Shown: positions 10,139-18,693 of the stretch, piece by piece
Position numbering within the stretch: position 1 is the stretch's first letter
Layout of the letters: every line of letters begins with the position of its first letter
DNA from: Anaeromyxobacteraceae bacterium
Lineage (GTDB): Bacteria > Myxococcota > Myxococcia > Myxococcales > Anaeromyxobacteraceae
DNA length: 64,000 nucleotides
Direction of reading: 5' to 3'
Assembly: GCA_047602405.1 (NCBI GenBank)
Contig: JASGHJ010000002.1
Span: 1,376,001 to 1,440,000 of the forward strand
The notes under the pieces: model-generated
Database searches by the model: none
Told to the model about the DNA's origin: nothing
What the model saw: only the letters and a program-made list of their open reading frames with translations
Program-made: the position numbers and the translations under genes

Positions 10139-10882
10139 CTAGCCCTGGAACGCGGCGATCGCGGCCCGCGCCGCCAGCTCGGCGATCGACGGGGCGGTGA
10201 GGTAGAGCGCGATGCCGCCCGCCAGGATCGCGATTGAGAACCCCACGTTGGAGAGGTTGAGCTGGGGGGCCATGCGGGTGAGGAGCCCCATCACGAGGTG
10301 GCCCACGAGGACCGCCCCGAGGATCGGGAAGGCGAGGCGGACCGCGAGCGCGATGGCGACGACGGCCTGGCCGACGGCGTGCCAGGCGAGGGTGCCGAGG
10401 TCGGCGTGGGTCCCCGGCGGCCAGACCGCGACCGAGCGGGCGAGCCAGACCACCGCCTCGCGGTGGATGCCGAGCGCGACGGCGGCGCCCTGCGCGCCGA
10501 TGAAGAGGGTCTGCGAGACGGCGGAGGACTCGGCGCCGGTGAGCGGGTCGACGAGGGCCGAGAAGCCCAGGCCGGCGGAGAGGCCCGCGAGGTGGCCGGC
10601 CGCGAGCGCGGCCTCGAGGGCCCAGCGGGCGGTGAGCCCCGCGAGCAGCCCGAGCACGGTCTCGGAGGCGGCGGCGCCGGCGAGGCCGAGGATCGTCGCC
10701 GGCGGCGCGACGGCCGGCGAGCCGGCCCCCGCGTGCACGGCGAGCGCGAGCGCGAAGGCGATGGAAAGCCGGATCCGCTGCGGCACGACCCGGGCGGCGA
10801 GGATGGGCGCGGTCGAGCACAGCGCCGCGGTCCTCAGGAGGACGAGGCCGAACCCATACGCGGCGGCGATGGGCGCGTCCAC
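10139..10882 (-). CDS. fliR: Flagellar export protein FliR
   Basis: Hydrophobic; RMAPQLN motif; position in fliPQR. Confidence 0.92.
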   Translation of the reverse strand: MDAPIAAAYGFGLVLLRTAALCSTAPILAARVVPQRIRLSIAFALALAVHAGAGSPAVAPPATILGLAGAAASETVLGLLAGLTARWALEAALAAGHLAGLSAGLGFSALVDPLTGAESSAVSQTLFIGAQGAAVALGIHREAVVWLARSVAVWPPGTHADLGTLAWHAVGQAVVAIALAVRLAFPILGAVLVGHLVMGLLTRMAPQLNLSNVGFSIAILAGGIALYLTAPSIAELAARAAIAAFQG

Positions 10883-10885
10883 GCG

Positions 10886-11149
10886 CTAGCCCCCCGACAT
10901 CCGGGCGATGGCCTGGGCGAGGAAGCCCGACAGGCGCTCCATCATCCAGCCGCCGAAGAGCCAGATCACGGTGAGCGCCGCGGCGGCGCGGGGCAGGAAC
11001 CCGACGGCGGTGTCGTTGATCTGGGTGGCGGCCTGCAGCACGCCGAGCACCAGGCCCACGAGCAGCATGGTCACGAACACCGGGGCGCCCACGGTCGCGA
11101 GCAGGACGAAGCCCTCGCGGAGCAGCCCGGCGGGGAGGTCGCCGCTCAC
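10886..11149 (-). CDS. fliQ: Flagellar export protein FliQ
   Basis: LQAATQIND...FLPR. Confidence 0.93.
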   Translation of the reverse strand: MSGDLPAGLLREGFVLLATVGAPVFVTMLLVGLVLGVLQAATQINDTAVGFLPRAAAALTVIWLFGGWMMERLSGFLAQAIARMSGG

Positions 11150-11865
11150 GCGAAGCTCCGGGCCAGCGAGGCGATGACGAGCCGCCAGCCGTCGGCCATG
11201 ACGAACAGGGCGACCTTCACCGGCAGCGCGATGAGGGTGGGGGGGACCATCATCATGCCCATCGACATGAGGAGCGCGGAGACGAGGAGGTCCACGAGGA
11301 GCAGCGGGACGTACAGGAAGAGCCCCATCCGGAAGGCGGTGGTGAGCTCGGAGACCATGAACGCCGGCATGCAGATCGACATCGGCACGGTCTCGCCGGC
11401 GCCCTGGGGCCGCTCGGTGCGGGAGAGCTCGTAGAAGAGCGCGAGGTCCTGCTCGCGGGTCTGCCGCAGCATGAACTCGCGGACCGGGCCGGAGGCCTTC
11501 TGGAGCGCCTCCTCGTGGCCCATGCGGTCCTCGAGGTACGGGCCGAGCGCGTCCGCGTACACGCGGTTCGCGGTGGGCGCCATCACGAAGAAGGAGAGGA
11601 CGAGCGCGAGCCCGACCACCACCTGGTTGGGCGGCAGCTGCGGCACGCCCAGCGCCTGGCGGAGGAAGGAGAGCACGATGATGATGCGGGTGAAGCTCGT
11701 GACCGAGACGAGGAGCGCCGTCGCGAACGACAGCGCGGTCATGAGGAGGAACAGCTTCACCGGCGCGGAGCCGCCGCCGTTCACCGCGATCGAGATCGCC
11801 TGGTCGGCGATCGGGGCGGAGCCGACCGGCCCGGCGGCGAGGAGGAGCGGCAGCGCGGCGGTCAC
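11146..11865 (-). CDS. fliP: Flagellar export protein FliP
   Basis: TSFTRIIIVLSFLRQALG, PPNQ, MGMMMVPP. Confidence 0.96.
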   Translation of the reverse strand: MTAALPLLLAAGPVGSAPIADQAISIAVNGGGSAPVKLFLLMTALSFATALLVSVTSFTRIIIVLSFLRQALGVPQLPPNQVVVGLALVLSFFVMAPTANRVYADALGPYLEDRMGHEEALQKASGPVREFMLRQTREQDLALFYELSRTERPQGAGETVPMSICMPAFMVSELTTAFRMGLFLYVPLLLVDLLVSALLMSMGMMMVPPTLIALPVKVALFVMADGWRLVIASLARSFA

Positions 11866-12395
11866 CGGACGCTCCCGGTGAGGCCGCGGGCGAGCTTCTG
11901 GCGGAGCTCCTGGTCCTCGGAGGACTCGGCGAGGAGCGCCTCGAAGGCGGGCGAGCGCGGGTCGGCCTTCCTGCGGCGGTGCGGCACGAGGCGGGTCGCG
12001 ATGTCGACGAGCGCGGCGCCGGGGCGGGCGGGCGCGGGCGGCGCGGCCTCGGCGAGCTCCGCGGCGCGGAGCGAGACGAGCTCGGGCGGCTCGGCGGCCC
12101 CGGCGTGCTGGGCGCGCAGGAGCGCGATGCCGGCGTCGGTCGAGCCGAGGAGCAGGAGCTCGTCGCCGAGCCGGGCGAGGACCAGGCTCCGCTTCGGGCC
12201 GAGCGACGCCGACTCCAGGATCTGGAGGCGGCGGGTGGGCGCGCCGCGGCGCCGCCGCAGGACGACCACGGCGGCCGCGAGCAGGAGGAGGACCGCGACC
12301 GGGCCGAGCAGCGAGGCCCAGCCGGGGAGGGCGGCCGCGGCGGGCTGCGCGAGCCCCTGGAGCGCGGCGGCGGGGGCGGGGAGGGGAACGGACAC
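11862..12395 (-). CDS. fliO: Flagellar biogenesis protein FliO/FliZ
   Basis: One TM then LGPKRSLVLARLGDELLLLG; between fliN and fliP. Confidence 0.85.
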   Translation of the reverse strand: MSVPLPAPAAALQGLAQPAAAALPGWASLLGPVAVLLLLAAAVVVLRRRRGAPTRRLQILESASLGPKRSLVLARLGDELLLLGSTDAGIALLRAQHAGAAEPPELVSLRAAELAEAAPPAPARPGAALVDIATRLVPHRRRKADPRSPAFEALLAESSEDQELRQKLARGLTGSVR

Positions 12396-12405
12396 GGCTC
12401 GGCTC

Positions 12406-12705
12406 CTAGCGGAGGCGCTGGATGCGCTCCTGCGGCGACACGATGTCGGTGATGCGGATGCCGAACTTGTCGTTCACGACGACGGCCTCGCCCCGGGCCA
12501 CGAGCCGCCCGTTGACGAGGATGTCCAGCGCCTCGCCGGCGACCTTGTCCAGCTCGATGACCGAGCCCGGGCCGAGCTGCAGGAGGTCCTGGATCGTCAT
12601 GCGGGTGCGGCCCAGCTCGACGTTCACCTCGAGGGGGACGTCGAGCAGCATGTCGAGGCGGCGGGAGGAGGAACCTTCGGGCTTGGGAGGCGTCTGCTCG
12701 GCCAT
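12406..12705 (-). CDS. fliN: Flagellar motor switch protein FliN
   Basis: LLDVPLEVNVELG, GEAVVVNDKFGIRITDI. Confidence 0.96.
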   Translation of the reverse strand: MAEQTPPKPEGSSSRRLDMLLDVPLEVNVELGRTRMTIQDLLQLGPGSVIELDKVAGEALDILVNGRLVARGEAVVVNDKFGIRITDIVSPQERIQRLR

Positions 12706-12718
12706 GGCGAGGGGGCTC

Positions 12719-13723
12719 CTAGTGCATGAGCGTCGACGGCGTCTGGGCCGGCGCGCGGAGGGGCTGGTCGACGATCATGGCGATGCTGCCGCCGGAGACC
12801 GTGGGGGTGGCGCGGAGCTTCTCGCGCCCCTGGACGATGACCGGCACGGGCCGGCCCTCGTCGGTGTCGAGGAGGACGACGTCGCCCACCTGGAGATCGA
12901 GCATCCGCGCGAACGGGATCCGGGTGCGCCCGTAGAGGCCGCGGACCTCGACGGCCACCTGCTCCACCTCGCGCGCGAGCGCCTCGGCGAACTTCTCGTC
13001 GGCGCGCTGCGAGAGGCGGCGGGGCGAGGCGAGCTTCTGCTTCGCGGACTCGACCGCGGCGAAGGGGATCACGAGCTGGAGCCGGCCCTCGAGGCCGCCC
13101 TTCAGCTCGAAGCCGGAGACGATGCCGACGTCGGTCGGCGGCGCGATGGTCGCCATGCGCGGGTCGAGCTCGAAGCGCAGCACCTCCGGCTGGAAGGGCA
13201 GCACCGGGGCCCAGGCCTGGGCCATCGCGTCGGTGAGGATCAGGAGCAGCCGGCGGAGCACGAGCTGCTCGACGCTGGTGAGCTCCCGGCGCTGGTCGCC
13301 GTTCTGCTCGGGCGTGCGCGGCTTGCGGTCGCCGAGCGCCGCGCCGAGGAGCGCCTCGCCCAGGCCCGGCTCGAGCACCGCGAGCGCGAAGCCGTGCGCC
13401 GAGCCGAGCCCGAGGATGCAGACCGAGGCGGGCGGGGCGAGGAGCGGGACGAGGTCGGCGAACTTGAGGAGGGTGGCGGGGGTGCTCGTCACCCGCATGG
13501 CCACGCGGGTGCGGCCGGCGAGCCCGATGCCCAGCATCGAGGCCACCTGCTCGTTGATCGCGTCGAGCGTGGGCATCTGCCCGCGGATGATGCGGTCCTG
13601 GCTGGTGAGGTCGTAGGGGACGACCTGCGAGCGCTGGACGCGCTCGGTCTCGGTCGAGACCTTGCCGTCCTGGATGGCGCTCATGAGCGCCTTGATCTCG
13701 TCGGGGGTCAGCGTGGCGGGCAT
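12719..13723 (-). CDS. fliM: Flagellar motor switch protein FliM
   Basis: N-terminal LTPDEIKALM (CheY-P binding), YDL...IIRGQMPTL, C-terminal SpoA domain. Confidence 0.92.
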   Translation of the reverse strand: MPATLTPDEIKALMSAIQDGKVSTETERVQRSQVVPYDLTSQDRIIRGQMPTLDAINEQVASMLGIGLAGRTRVAMRVTSTPATLLKFADLVPLLAPPASVCILGLGSAHGFALAVLEPGLGEALLGAALGDRKPRTPEQNGDQRRELTSVEQLVLRRLLLILTDAMAQAWAPVLPFQPEVLRFELDPRMATIAPPTDVGIVSGFELKGGLEGRLQLVIPFAAVESAKQKLASPRRLSQRADEKFAEALAREVEQVAVEVRGLYGRTRIPFARMLDLQVGDVVLLDTDEGRPVPVIVQGREKLRATPTVSGGSIAMIVDQPLRAPAQTPSTLMH

Positions 13724-13733
13724 GGCGCGCGGC

Positions 13734-14282
13734 TCACTGGATGACGAGGTCGGTCACGTAGAGCGCGTTGATCTTCACGCCCGGGGCGAGCTCGGGGAGG
13801 CGCTCCTCGAGGGCCTTCTTGGTGCGCGCGATGGCCTCGCCGCCGCGCAGCTCCTCGAGGGTCCGGTCGGACAGGTAGAGGAGGAACCCGTCGCGCACGC
13901 GCGGCATGAGGAGCGTGAACTTGTTCTTGTCCTCCTCGGCCGCGACCTCGACCTCGAAGGAGAGGCGCGCGTACCGGTCGGACTCGACGTTCCGGAGGTG
14001 CACGACGAAGTCGGCGAGCTTCACGGTGGGGCCGGGGGGAGCCTCCTTGCCGTCCTTGCCCTTCTCGCCGCCCTTCCCCTCGCCCTCCTTGCCGTGCTCG
14101 GCGGCCTTGTCGTCGGGCTTCGTCTCCGGGTGGCTGCCGCCACCGCCCCTCAGCAGGAACACCGCGAGCACCGCCGCCACGAGGACGACGTTCACGATGA
14201 GCAGGATGGGGACGAGCTTCGACCCGCCGCCGGCCCCGACGCCCGCCGCCTTCTCGATGTCCTTGTCCGCTTCTTCGGCCAT
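13734..14282 (-). CDS. fliL: Flagellar basal body-associated protein FliL
   Basis: Single TM, FVVHL...RYARL, PRVRD, LYVTDLVIQ; AGGAG RBS before ATG 14282. Confidence 0.9.
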   Translation of the reverse strand: MAEEADKDIEKAAGVGAGGGSKLVPILLIVNVVLVAAVLAVFLLRGGGGSHPETKPDDKAAEHGKEGEGKGGEKGKDGKEAPPGPTVKLADFVVHLRNVESDRYARLSFEVEVAAEEDKNKFTLLMPRVRDGFLLYLSDRTLEELRGGEAIARTKKALEERLPELAPGVKINALYVTDLVIQ

Positions 14283-14304
14283 GGAGTCTCCTGCAGCGGC
14301 CAAA

Positions 14305-14320
14305 AGCAAGGGCCGTGCCT
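14305..14320 (-). promoter_or_regulatory. sigma54 -24/-12 promoter for the fliL operon
   Basis: Minus strand AGGCAC-GGCCC-TTGCT. Confidence 0.8.
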
Positions 14321-14423
14321 CCATGATTCCTGAAGCGTGTCGGGTGCTTGGGGCTCCGTCAGCGGCGTGGCGACGGGGGCGCGGCGGCGCGCCGGCGCGC
14401 CGGCGTCAGGCGGCTGACTCGCG

Positions 14424-15287
14424 TCAGTCGTAGAGGCCGGTGACGCGCTCCCGCAGGTTCTTCGTGAGCGTCCGGAGGATGTCGTCGGAGATGCCGATGA
14501 CCGAGCGGCCGATCATGACGAGGGCGTCGTTGTCCTCCTCGTCGACGCGGCCGGCGTAGATCCCCGACTTCTTGGAGAGCGCGTTCGCGAAGCAGACCGC
14601 GTTCGCGAGCGACTGCCGGTTCGCCTGGTCGTACTCGCCCGCCGCCTTGATGCAGGCGATGATCGGCGGGGGCAGCGCCCACTTCTCGGCGAGCACCACG
14701 GCCACCGGCCGGTGGACCTTGCCGATGACCTCCAGCCACTCGCCGGAGTCGATCCAGCCGCGCTGGTAGACCTCGGTGAGCTGCCGCTCGAGCTCGAGCA
14801 GGATGGTCGCCACGACGGGCTTGCCGACGTCGTGGAGCAGGCCGGCGAGGTAGGCCGAGTCGGAGTCCTGGGCCCCGGTGAGCGCGAGCACGTCGCGCGC
14901 GAGCATGCCGACCGCGACCGAGTGCTCCCACAGCACCCTGAGCTGCTCGTTGATCTGGGGGTTCTTCGAGACGAAGACCTTCTGGGCGGAGGCCTCGACG
15001 AGGAGCGTCTTCAGCGTCTTCGTCCCGAGGCGGGCGAGCGCCTCGGTGAGGGTGATCTTCTTGCCGCCGCCGAAGGCGGCGCTGGTGGCCATCCGCAGGG
15101 TCCGGGCCGCCAGCACCGGGTCCTTCTCCATCACCGCGGCGGCCTCCCTCATGCCGGCGTCGGGATCCCGGAGGACCTCGTTCACCTTCATCGCCACCGC
15201 AGGCATGGTGGGCAGGACGAGCTGGTCGGACTGGATCTTCTTGGTGAGGATCCCCTCCAGCTCCGCCGCCAGCTTCTCCGCGCTCAT
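14424..15287 (-). CDS. HDOD domain protein
   Basis: LPTMPAVA, DPVLAARTLRMA, LWEHS, AGLLHDVGK, LAEKWALP. Confidence 0.92.
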   Translation of the reverse strand: MSAEKLAAELEGILTKKIQSDQLVLPTMPAVAMKVNEVLRDPDAGMREAAAVMEKDPVLAARTLRMATSAAFGGGKKITLTEALARLGTKTLKTLLVEASAQKVFVSKNPQINEQLRVLWEHSVAVGMLARDVLALTGAQDSDSAYLAGLLHDVGKPVVATILLELERQLTEVYQRGWIDSGEWLEVIGKVHRPVAVVLAEKWALPPPIIACIKAAGEYDQANRQSLANAVCFANALSKKSGIYAGRVDEEDNDALVMIGRSVIGISDDILRTLTKNLRERVTGLYD

Positions 15288-15307
15288 GGCTGCACCTTAA
15301 ACCACGG

Positions 15308-15353
15308 CGCACGCTTCCGTGCGAGGTGCACCCGGTCGAACCGGGCGCACCTC
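15308..15353. other. Two adjacent intergenic hairpins between the response regulator and HDOD genes
   Basis: CGCACG-cttc-CGTGCG and GAGGTGCACCCGGT-cga-ACCGGGCGCACCTC. Confidence 0.55.
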
Positions 15354-16530
15354 ACGCCGCCGCGCCGGTCTTCGCCTCCTGGAGCGTGCCGAAGAGCTTC
15401 AGGTCCTTCGTCTCCTCGTAGGCGCCGAGGATCTTGCGCATGTCGGCCGGGCCCACGAGGGAGAGCGTCATCCCGAACTCCTTCGACTTCGACGACACCT
15501 CGTTCACGAACTTGGGCAGGCGGTCGCCCTCCATCGGCGGAGCGCCCACGTCCAGCACGACCTCGTCGTAGCAGGCGGCCGCCACCTTCTCGAGGGCCTC
15601 CTCGAAGACGTTGTTGAGCCGGTTGTAGAACCGCTCGACGCGGTCGGCCTTGCCGGTGAACGGCGCGATCTTGAGGACGTTGTCCTCGACCGTCAGGAAG
15701 TCCTGGTTGTCGAAGTACTGCTGGAGGAAGTCGTCGATCGCCTCGGGCCGGAAGGGCTTGTACATCACGTCGTCGAAGCCCTGGTCCTTCAGCTCCTTCG
15801 TCGCGTCGTTCGCGGTGCGCAGCGCGAGCGCGAGCACGGCGGCGTGCGGCTGGAGCACGCGGATCTGCTGGCCGAGGACCTGGCTGTTGACGTCCGGGAT
15901 CTCGGTGTCGATGAGGATGATCTTGTAGACGCGGTCCCGGCAGGACGCGAGGGCGGACTGCGCGCTCGTGAAGCCGGCCAGCGTCACGTGGGTGGGGACC
16001 ATGGAGCGGAGCTTGCGCTGCACGTTCTCCATGTCGTCCACCACCAGGATGTCGACGAAGCGGCCGGCGGCGGTGGGCGCCACGGTCGCGCCGCTCAGCG
16101 AGGCCGCCTCCGCGGGGGCGGCGGCCGGGCCGGGCGCGGCGGCGGACTGGACGATCTGGTCCACGCCGGGCTCCCCCTGGAGCACCGACAGCACCTTCGC
16201 GCGGAGCTCCTCCGGCTTGAAGGGCTTCAGGATGTAGTCGGAGATGCCGGCCTTCATCGCGCCGGCGACGATGGTCCGCTTGGACTCCGAGGTGAGCATG
16301 ATGACGGGGGTCTTGTTGCCGGACTCCCGCATCTTCTGCAGCATCGTCGGGCCGTCCATGTTCGGCATCGTCACGTCCAGGAGGACGAGGTCCACCGTGG
16401 TGTTCGCGAGCTGCTCGAGCCCCTGGATGCCGTCCTCGGCCTCGATGACGTCGAAGCCGAGCTCCTTCACCTGCTTGCCGACGATCGTGCGGACCGCGCG
16501 GCTGTCGTCCACCGTCAGGATGGCGGGCAT
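15352..16530 (-). CDS. Tandem receiver (REC-REC) response regulator with C-terminal STAS-like domain
   Basis: Two VDD...D...KPF receiver motifs; C-terminal VVLDV...LSLVG...LKLFGTLQEA resembles STAS. Confidence 0.8.
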   Translation of the reverse strand: MPAILTVDDSRAVRTIVGKQVKELGFDVIEAEDGIQGLEQLANTTVDLVLLDVTMPNMDGPTMLQKMRESGNKTPVIMLTSESKRTIVAGAMKAGISDYILKPFKPEELRAKVLSVLQGEPGVDQIVQSAAAPGPAAAPAEAASLSGATVAPTAAGRFVDILVVDDMENVQRKLRSMVPTHVTLAGFTSAQSALASCRDRVYKIILIDTEIPDVNSQVLGQQIRVLQPHAAVLALALRTANDATKELKDQGFDDVMYKPFRPEAIDDFLQQYFDNQDFLTVEDNVLKIAPFTGKADRVERFYNRLNNVFEEALEKVAAACYDEVVLDVGAPPMEGDRLPKFVNEVSSKSKEFGMTLSLVGPADMRKILGAYEETKDLKLFGTLQEAKTGAAA

Positions 16531-16545
16531 GGTTCCTTTCCTCCG

Positions 16546-17001
16546 TTACTCGACGATGCCTTCGAAGACCCAGAGGACGAGGTTCACCTTCTCGGCCTTG
16601 AGCACGACCGGGTCCTGGTCGGGGGGCGGTCCCGGGACGGGGGGCTGCCCCTCCGGCACCACGCGAGGCAGGCCCAGCGCCTGCTCGAGCTTGAGCTGCG
16701 ACTTGAGGAGCCCGGCGGTCATGTTCACGAGCTCGCAGAGCGCGTCGGACATCATGTCGTCGGAGACGTCGGCGTCGGCGACCTGGAACATCTTGGCCGA
16801 GAGCTGGTTGCAGCCGGGCTGGTCCGAGGACAGCCCGACGGTCAGCGGCCGGGCGCCGGGGATGGGCAGGACGGCCGCGCGCCAGACGAGGTGCGACCAC
16901 GGCGACCGGTCGGCGTCCGGGTGAAAGGTGAGCCCCAGCATGGTCTGGGTCACCCCGGACACGACCTGTGCCAGCTTGTCGGGTGGTGGGAGCATCGACA
17001 T
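16546..17001 (-). CDS. cheX: CheX-like chemotaxis phosphatase
   Basis: DALCELVNMTAG (E-x2-N), LGLP; start ATG 17001 (or 16995). Confidence 0.8.
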   Translation of the reverse strand: MSMLPPPDKLAQVVSGVTQTMLGLTFHPDADRSPWSHLVWRAAVLPIPGARPLTVGLSSDQPGCNQLSAKMFQVADADVSDDMMSDALCELVNMTAGLLKSQLKLEQALGLPRVVPEGQPPVPGPPPDQDPVVLKAEKVNLVLWVFEGIVE

Positions 17002-17056
17002 GTCGTTCTCGCAGGCGCCGCGGGTGAGGTGCTGGACCGCTCGGCCGGAGTGCTGG

Positions 17057-17072
17057 TGCAAGCACCACGCCT
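17057..17072 (-). promoter_or_regulatory. sigma54 promoter for cheX-RR-HDOD
   Basis: Minus strand AGGCGT-GGTGC-TTGCA. Confidence 0.7.
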
Positions 17073-17294
17073 CTCCTCCCTGTCCCCCGATTCGCCCGCA
17101 AAAGCCCGCGCTGGCGGGGGCGGATGCCCCTGGAACGGGCCCGTCCGACGCGCGCGGAGGGGTCGAAACCGGGTGTCCGCCGTGACCCTGGTGCGCCCGG
17201 ACCCGGCCCGACCCCTCGGTCGAAAGGGCCGGCGGAGGGCCCGGGTTTCGCGGCTGGTGGCCTGAATCGGCTGGGGTGGCCTGCCACCCGGCCA

Positions 17295-17310
17295 CGGCAC
17301 GGACGCTGCA
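17295..17310 (+). promoter_or_regulatory. sigma54 promoter for the cheY-cheA operon
   Basis: CGGCAC-GGACG-CTGCA. Confidence 0.7.
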
Positions 17311-17343
17311 AAACGACCGGGCCGAAAGGACGGTCACCGTCGC

Positions 17344-17706
17344 ATGCAGATCCTCGTCGTGGACGACTCGAAGGCGATGCGCAGCATCGTGATGCGCGCG
17401 GTCCGGCAGGCAGGGTACGACAGCGTCACCTTCGTCGAGGCCACCAACGGCGCCGAGGCGCTGAAGGTGATCCGGGGGGGTGCGCCGAACCTCGTCCTGG
17501 CGGACTGGAACATGCCGGAGATGAGCGGCATCGACCTGCTCCGCGCGCTCCGTGCCGAGGGCAACAACGTCAAGCTCGGCTTCGTGACCTCGGAGAGCGA
17601 CCCCGCCATGCGGGACATGGCCTTCCAGGCCGGCGCCTCCTTCATGCTCACGAAGCCCTTCACCCCGGACGCCTTCAAGGCCGTGCTGGGGCCGGTGCTC
17701 GCATGA
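17344..17706 (+). CDS. cheY: CheY-like single-domain response regulator
   Basis: ILVVDDS, DWNMPEMSG, TSE, KPFT. Confidence 0.9.
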   Translation: MQILVVDDSKAMRSIVMRAVRQAGYDSVTFVEATNGAEALKVIRGGAPNLVLADWNMPEMSGIDLLRALRAEGNNVKLGFVTSESDPAMRDMAFQAGASFMLTKPFTPDAFKAVLGPVLA

Positions 17707-18194
17707 CCACGGCCACCGCCGAGAGGCCGGCGCTCGCCGCCTGGCTGGCGGACCTCGAGGCCGCCTTCGAGGAGACGGCGAAGGGCGCGCTCGGCATCGA
17801 GGCCGTCGAGGTCCTCGGCCGCGCCGACCACCCGCTGCCCGGGCAGCACGGCTCCTACCTCGGGCTCATCGGGCCGCTGGGCGCCGTGCAGATCGGGCTG
17901 GCGGGCGACGAGGCCACCTGCCAGCTGCTCGCGAAGGCGCTGCTCGCGATGGGCCCGGACGACCCGGCGCTCTCGCCCGCCGAGGTCGCCGACGCGGTGT
18001 CCGAGATCGTCAACATCGTCGCGGGGGCGTTCAAGACGCGCGTCCGCGACCGCGCGCCGCAGCTCACGATGGGGCTGCCGACCTTCTTCCACGGCGGCGT
18101 CCAGGAGACCGAGCGCACCGCGGTGCGGACCGCCGAGCTCCGCGCCGGCGAGATGTCCGTCACCCTCCTGCTGGTCCATCCGCGAGGGACCTGA
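17703..18194 (+). CDS. cheX: CheX-like chemotaxis phosphatase
   Basis: DAVSEIVNIVAG, MGLP; ATG overlaps cheY stop. Confidence 0.82.
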   Translation: MTTATAERPALAAWLADLEAAFEETAKGALGIEAVEVLGRADHPLPGQHGSYLGLIGPLGAVQIGLAGDEATCQLLAKALLAMGPDDPALSPAEVADAVSEIVNIVAGAFKTRVRDRAPQLTMGLPTFFHGGVQETERTAVRTAELRAGEMSVTLLLVHPRGT

Positions 18195-18206
18195 GGCCAG
18201 GCGTCG

Positions 18207-18683
18207 ATGCAGATCGTCCCGCTGCCACCCCCGACCGAGCTCGAGAAGCTCCTCTCCGGGCTGCTCATGCGCAACGTCAAGGTCGCCAAGACCCCGGGCG
18301 TCGCGCCGGCGCAGCCCTGCACCGTCGCCCTCTTCAAGACCGAGGACCCCGTGCTCGAGGTCGCGGTGGTCTGCGACGTGCCCCTCGCGGCGTCGCTCGC
18401 GGCCGCCCTGTCGGTCGTCCCGGTCGGCGCCGTGAAGGACGCGGTGGCGGCCGGCACGCTCGACGACTCGCTGCGCGACAACTTCGCCGAGGTCATGAAC
18501 GTCCTCGCCCGCTTCCTCTCCACGGGCTCGGGGCGCCGCTTCGCGCTGAGCCGGGTGCTCTGCCCGCCCGATCCGGTCGAGGCCGCGGTCCTCGCGGCCG
18601 CGGAGGGCTCGGACGAGCGGCGGGAGCTCGCCGCCGACGTCCCCGGCTACACCCGCGGCCAGATCGCCTTCTGCACGCTCTAG
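18207..18683 (+). CDS. Hypothetical chemotaxis protein, CheC/CheX-like fold
   Basis: DNFAEVMNV (E-x2-N); inside the che operon. Confidence 0.6.
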   Translation: MQIVPLPPPTELEKLLSGLLMRNVKVAKTPGVAPAQPCTVALFKTEDPVLEVAVVCDVPLAASLAAALSVVPVGAVKDAVAAGTLDDSLRDNFAEVMNVLARFLSTGSGRRFALSRVLCPPDPVEAAVLAAAEGSDERRELAADVPGYTRGQIAFCTL

Positions 18684-18693
18684 GAGCCTCGCC

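Noticed and set aside
17073..17343. c-di-GMP (GEMM) riboswitch before cheY
   Set aside because: GAAA-capped mini-stems exist, but I could not find the conserved two-stem GEMM layout, and the sigma54 promoter leaves only a short leader.
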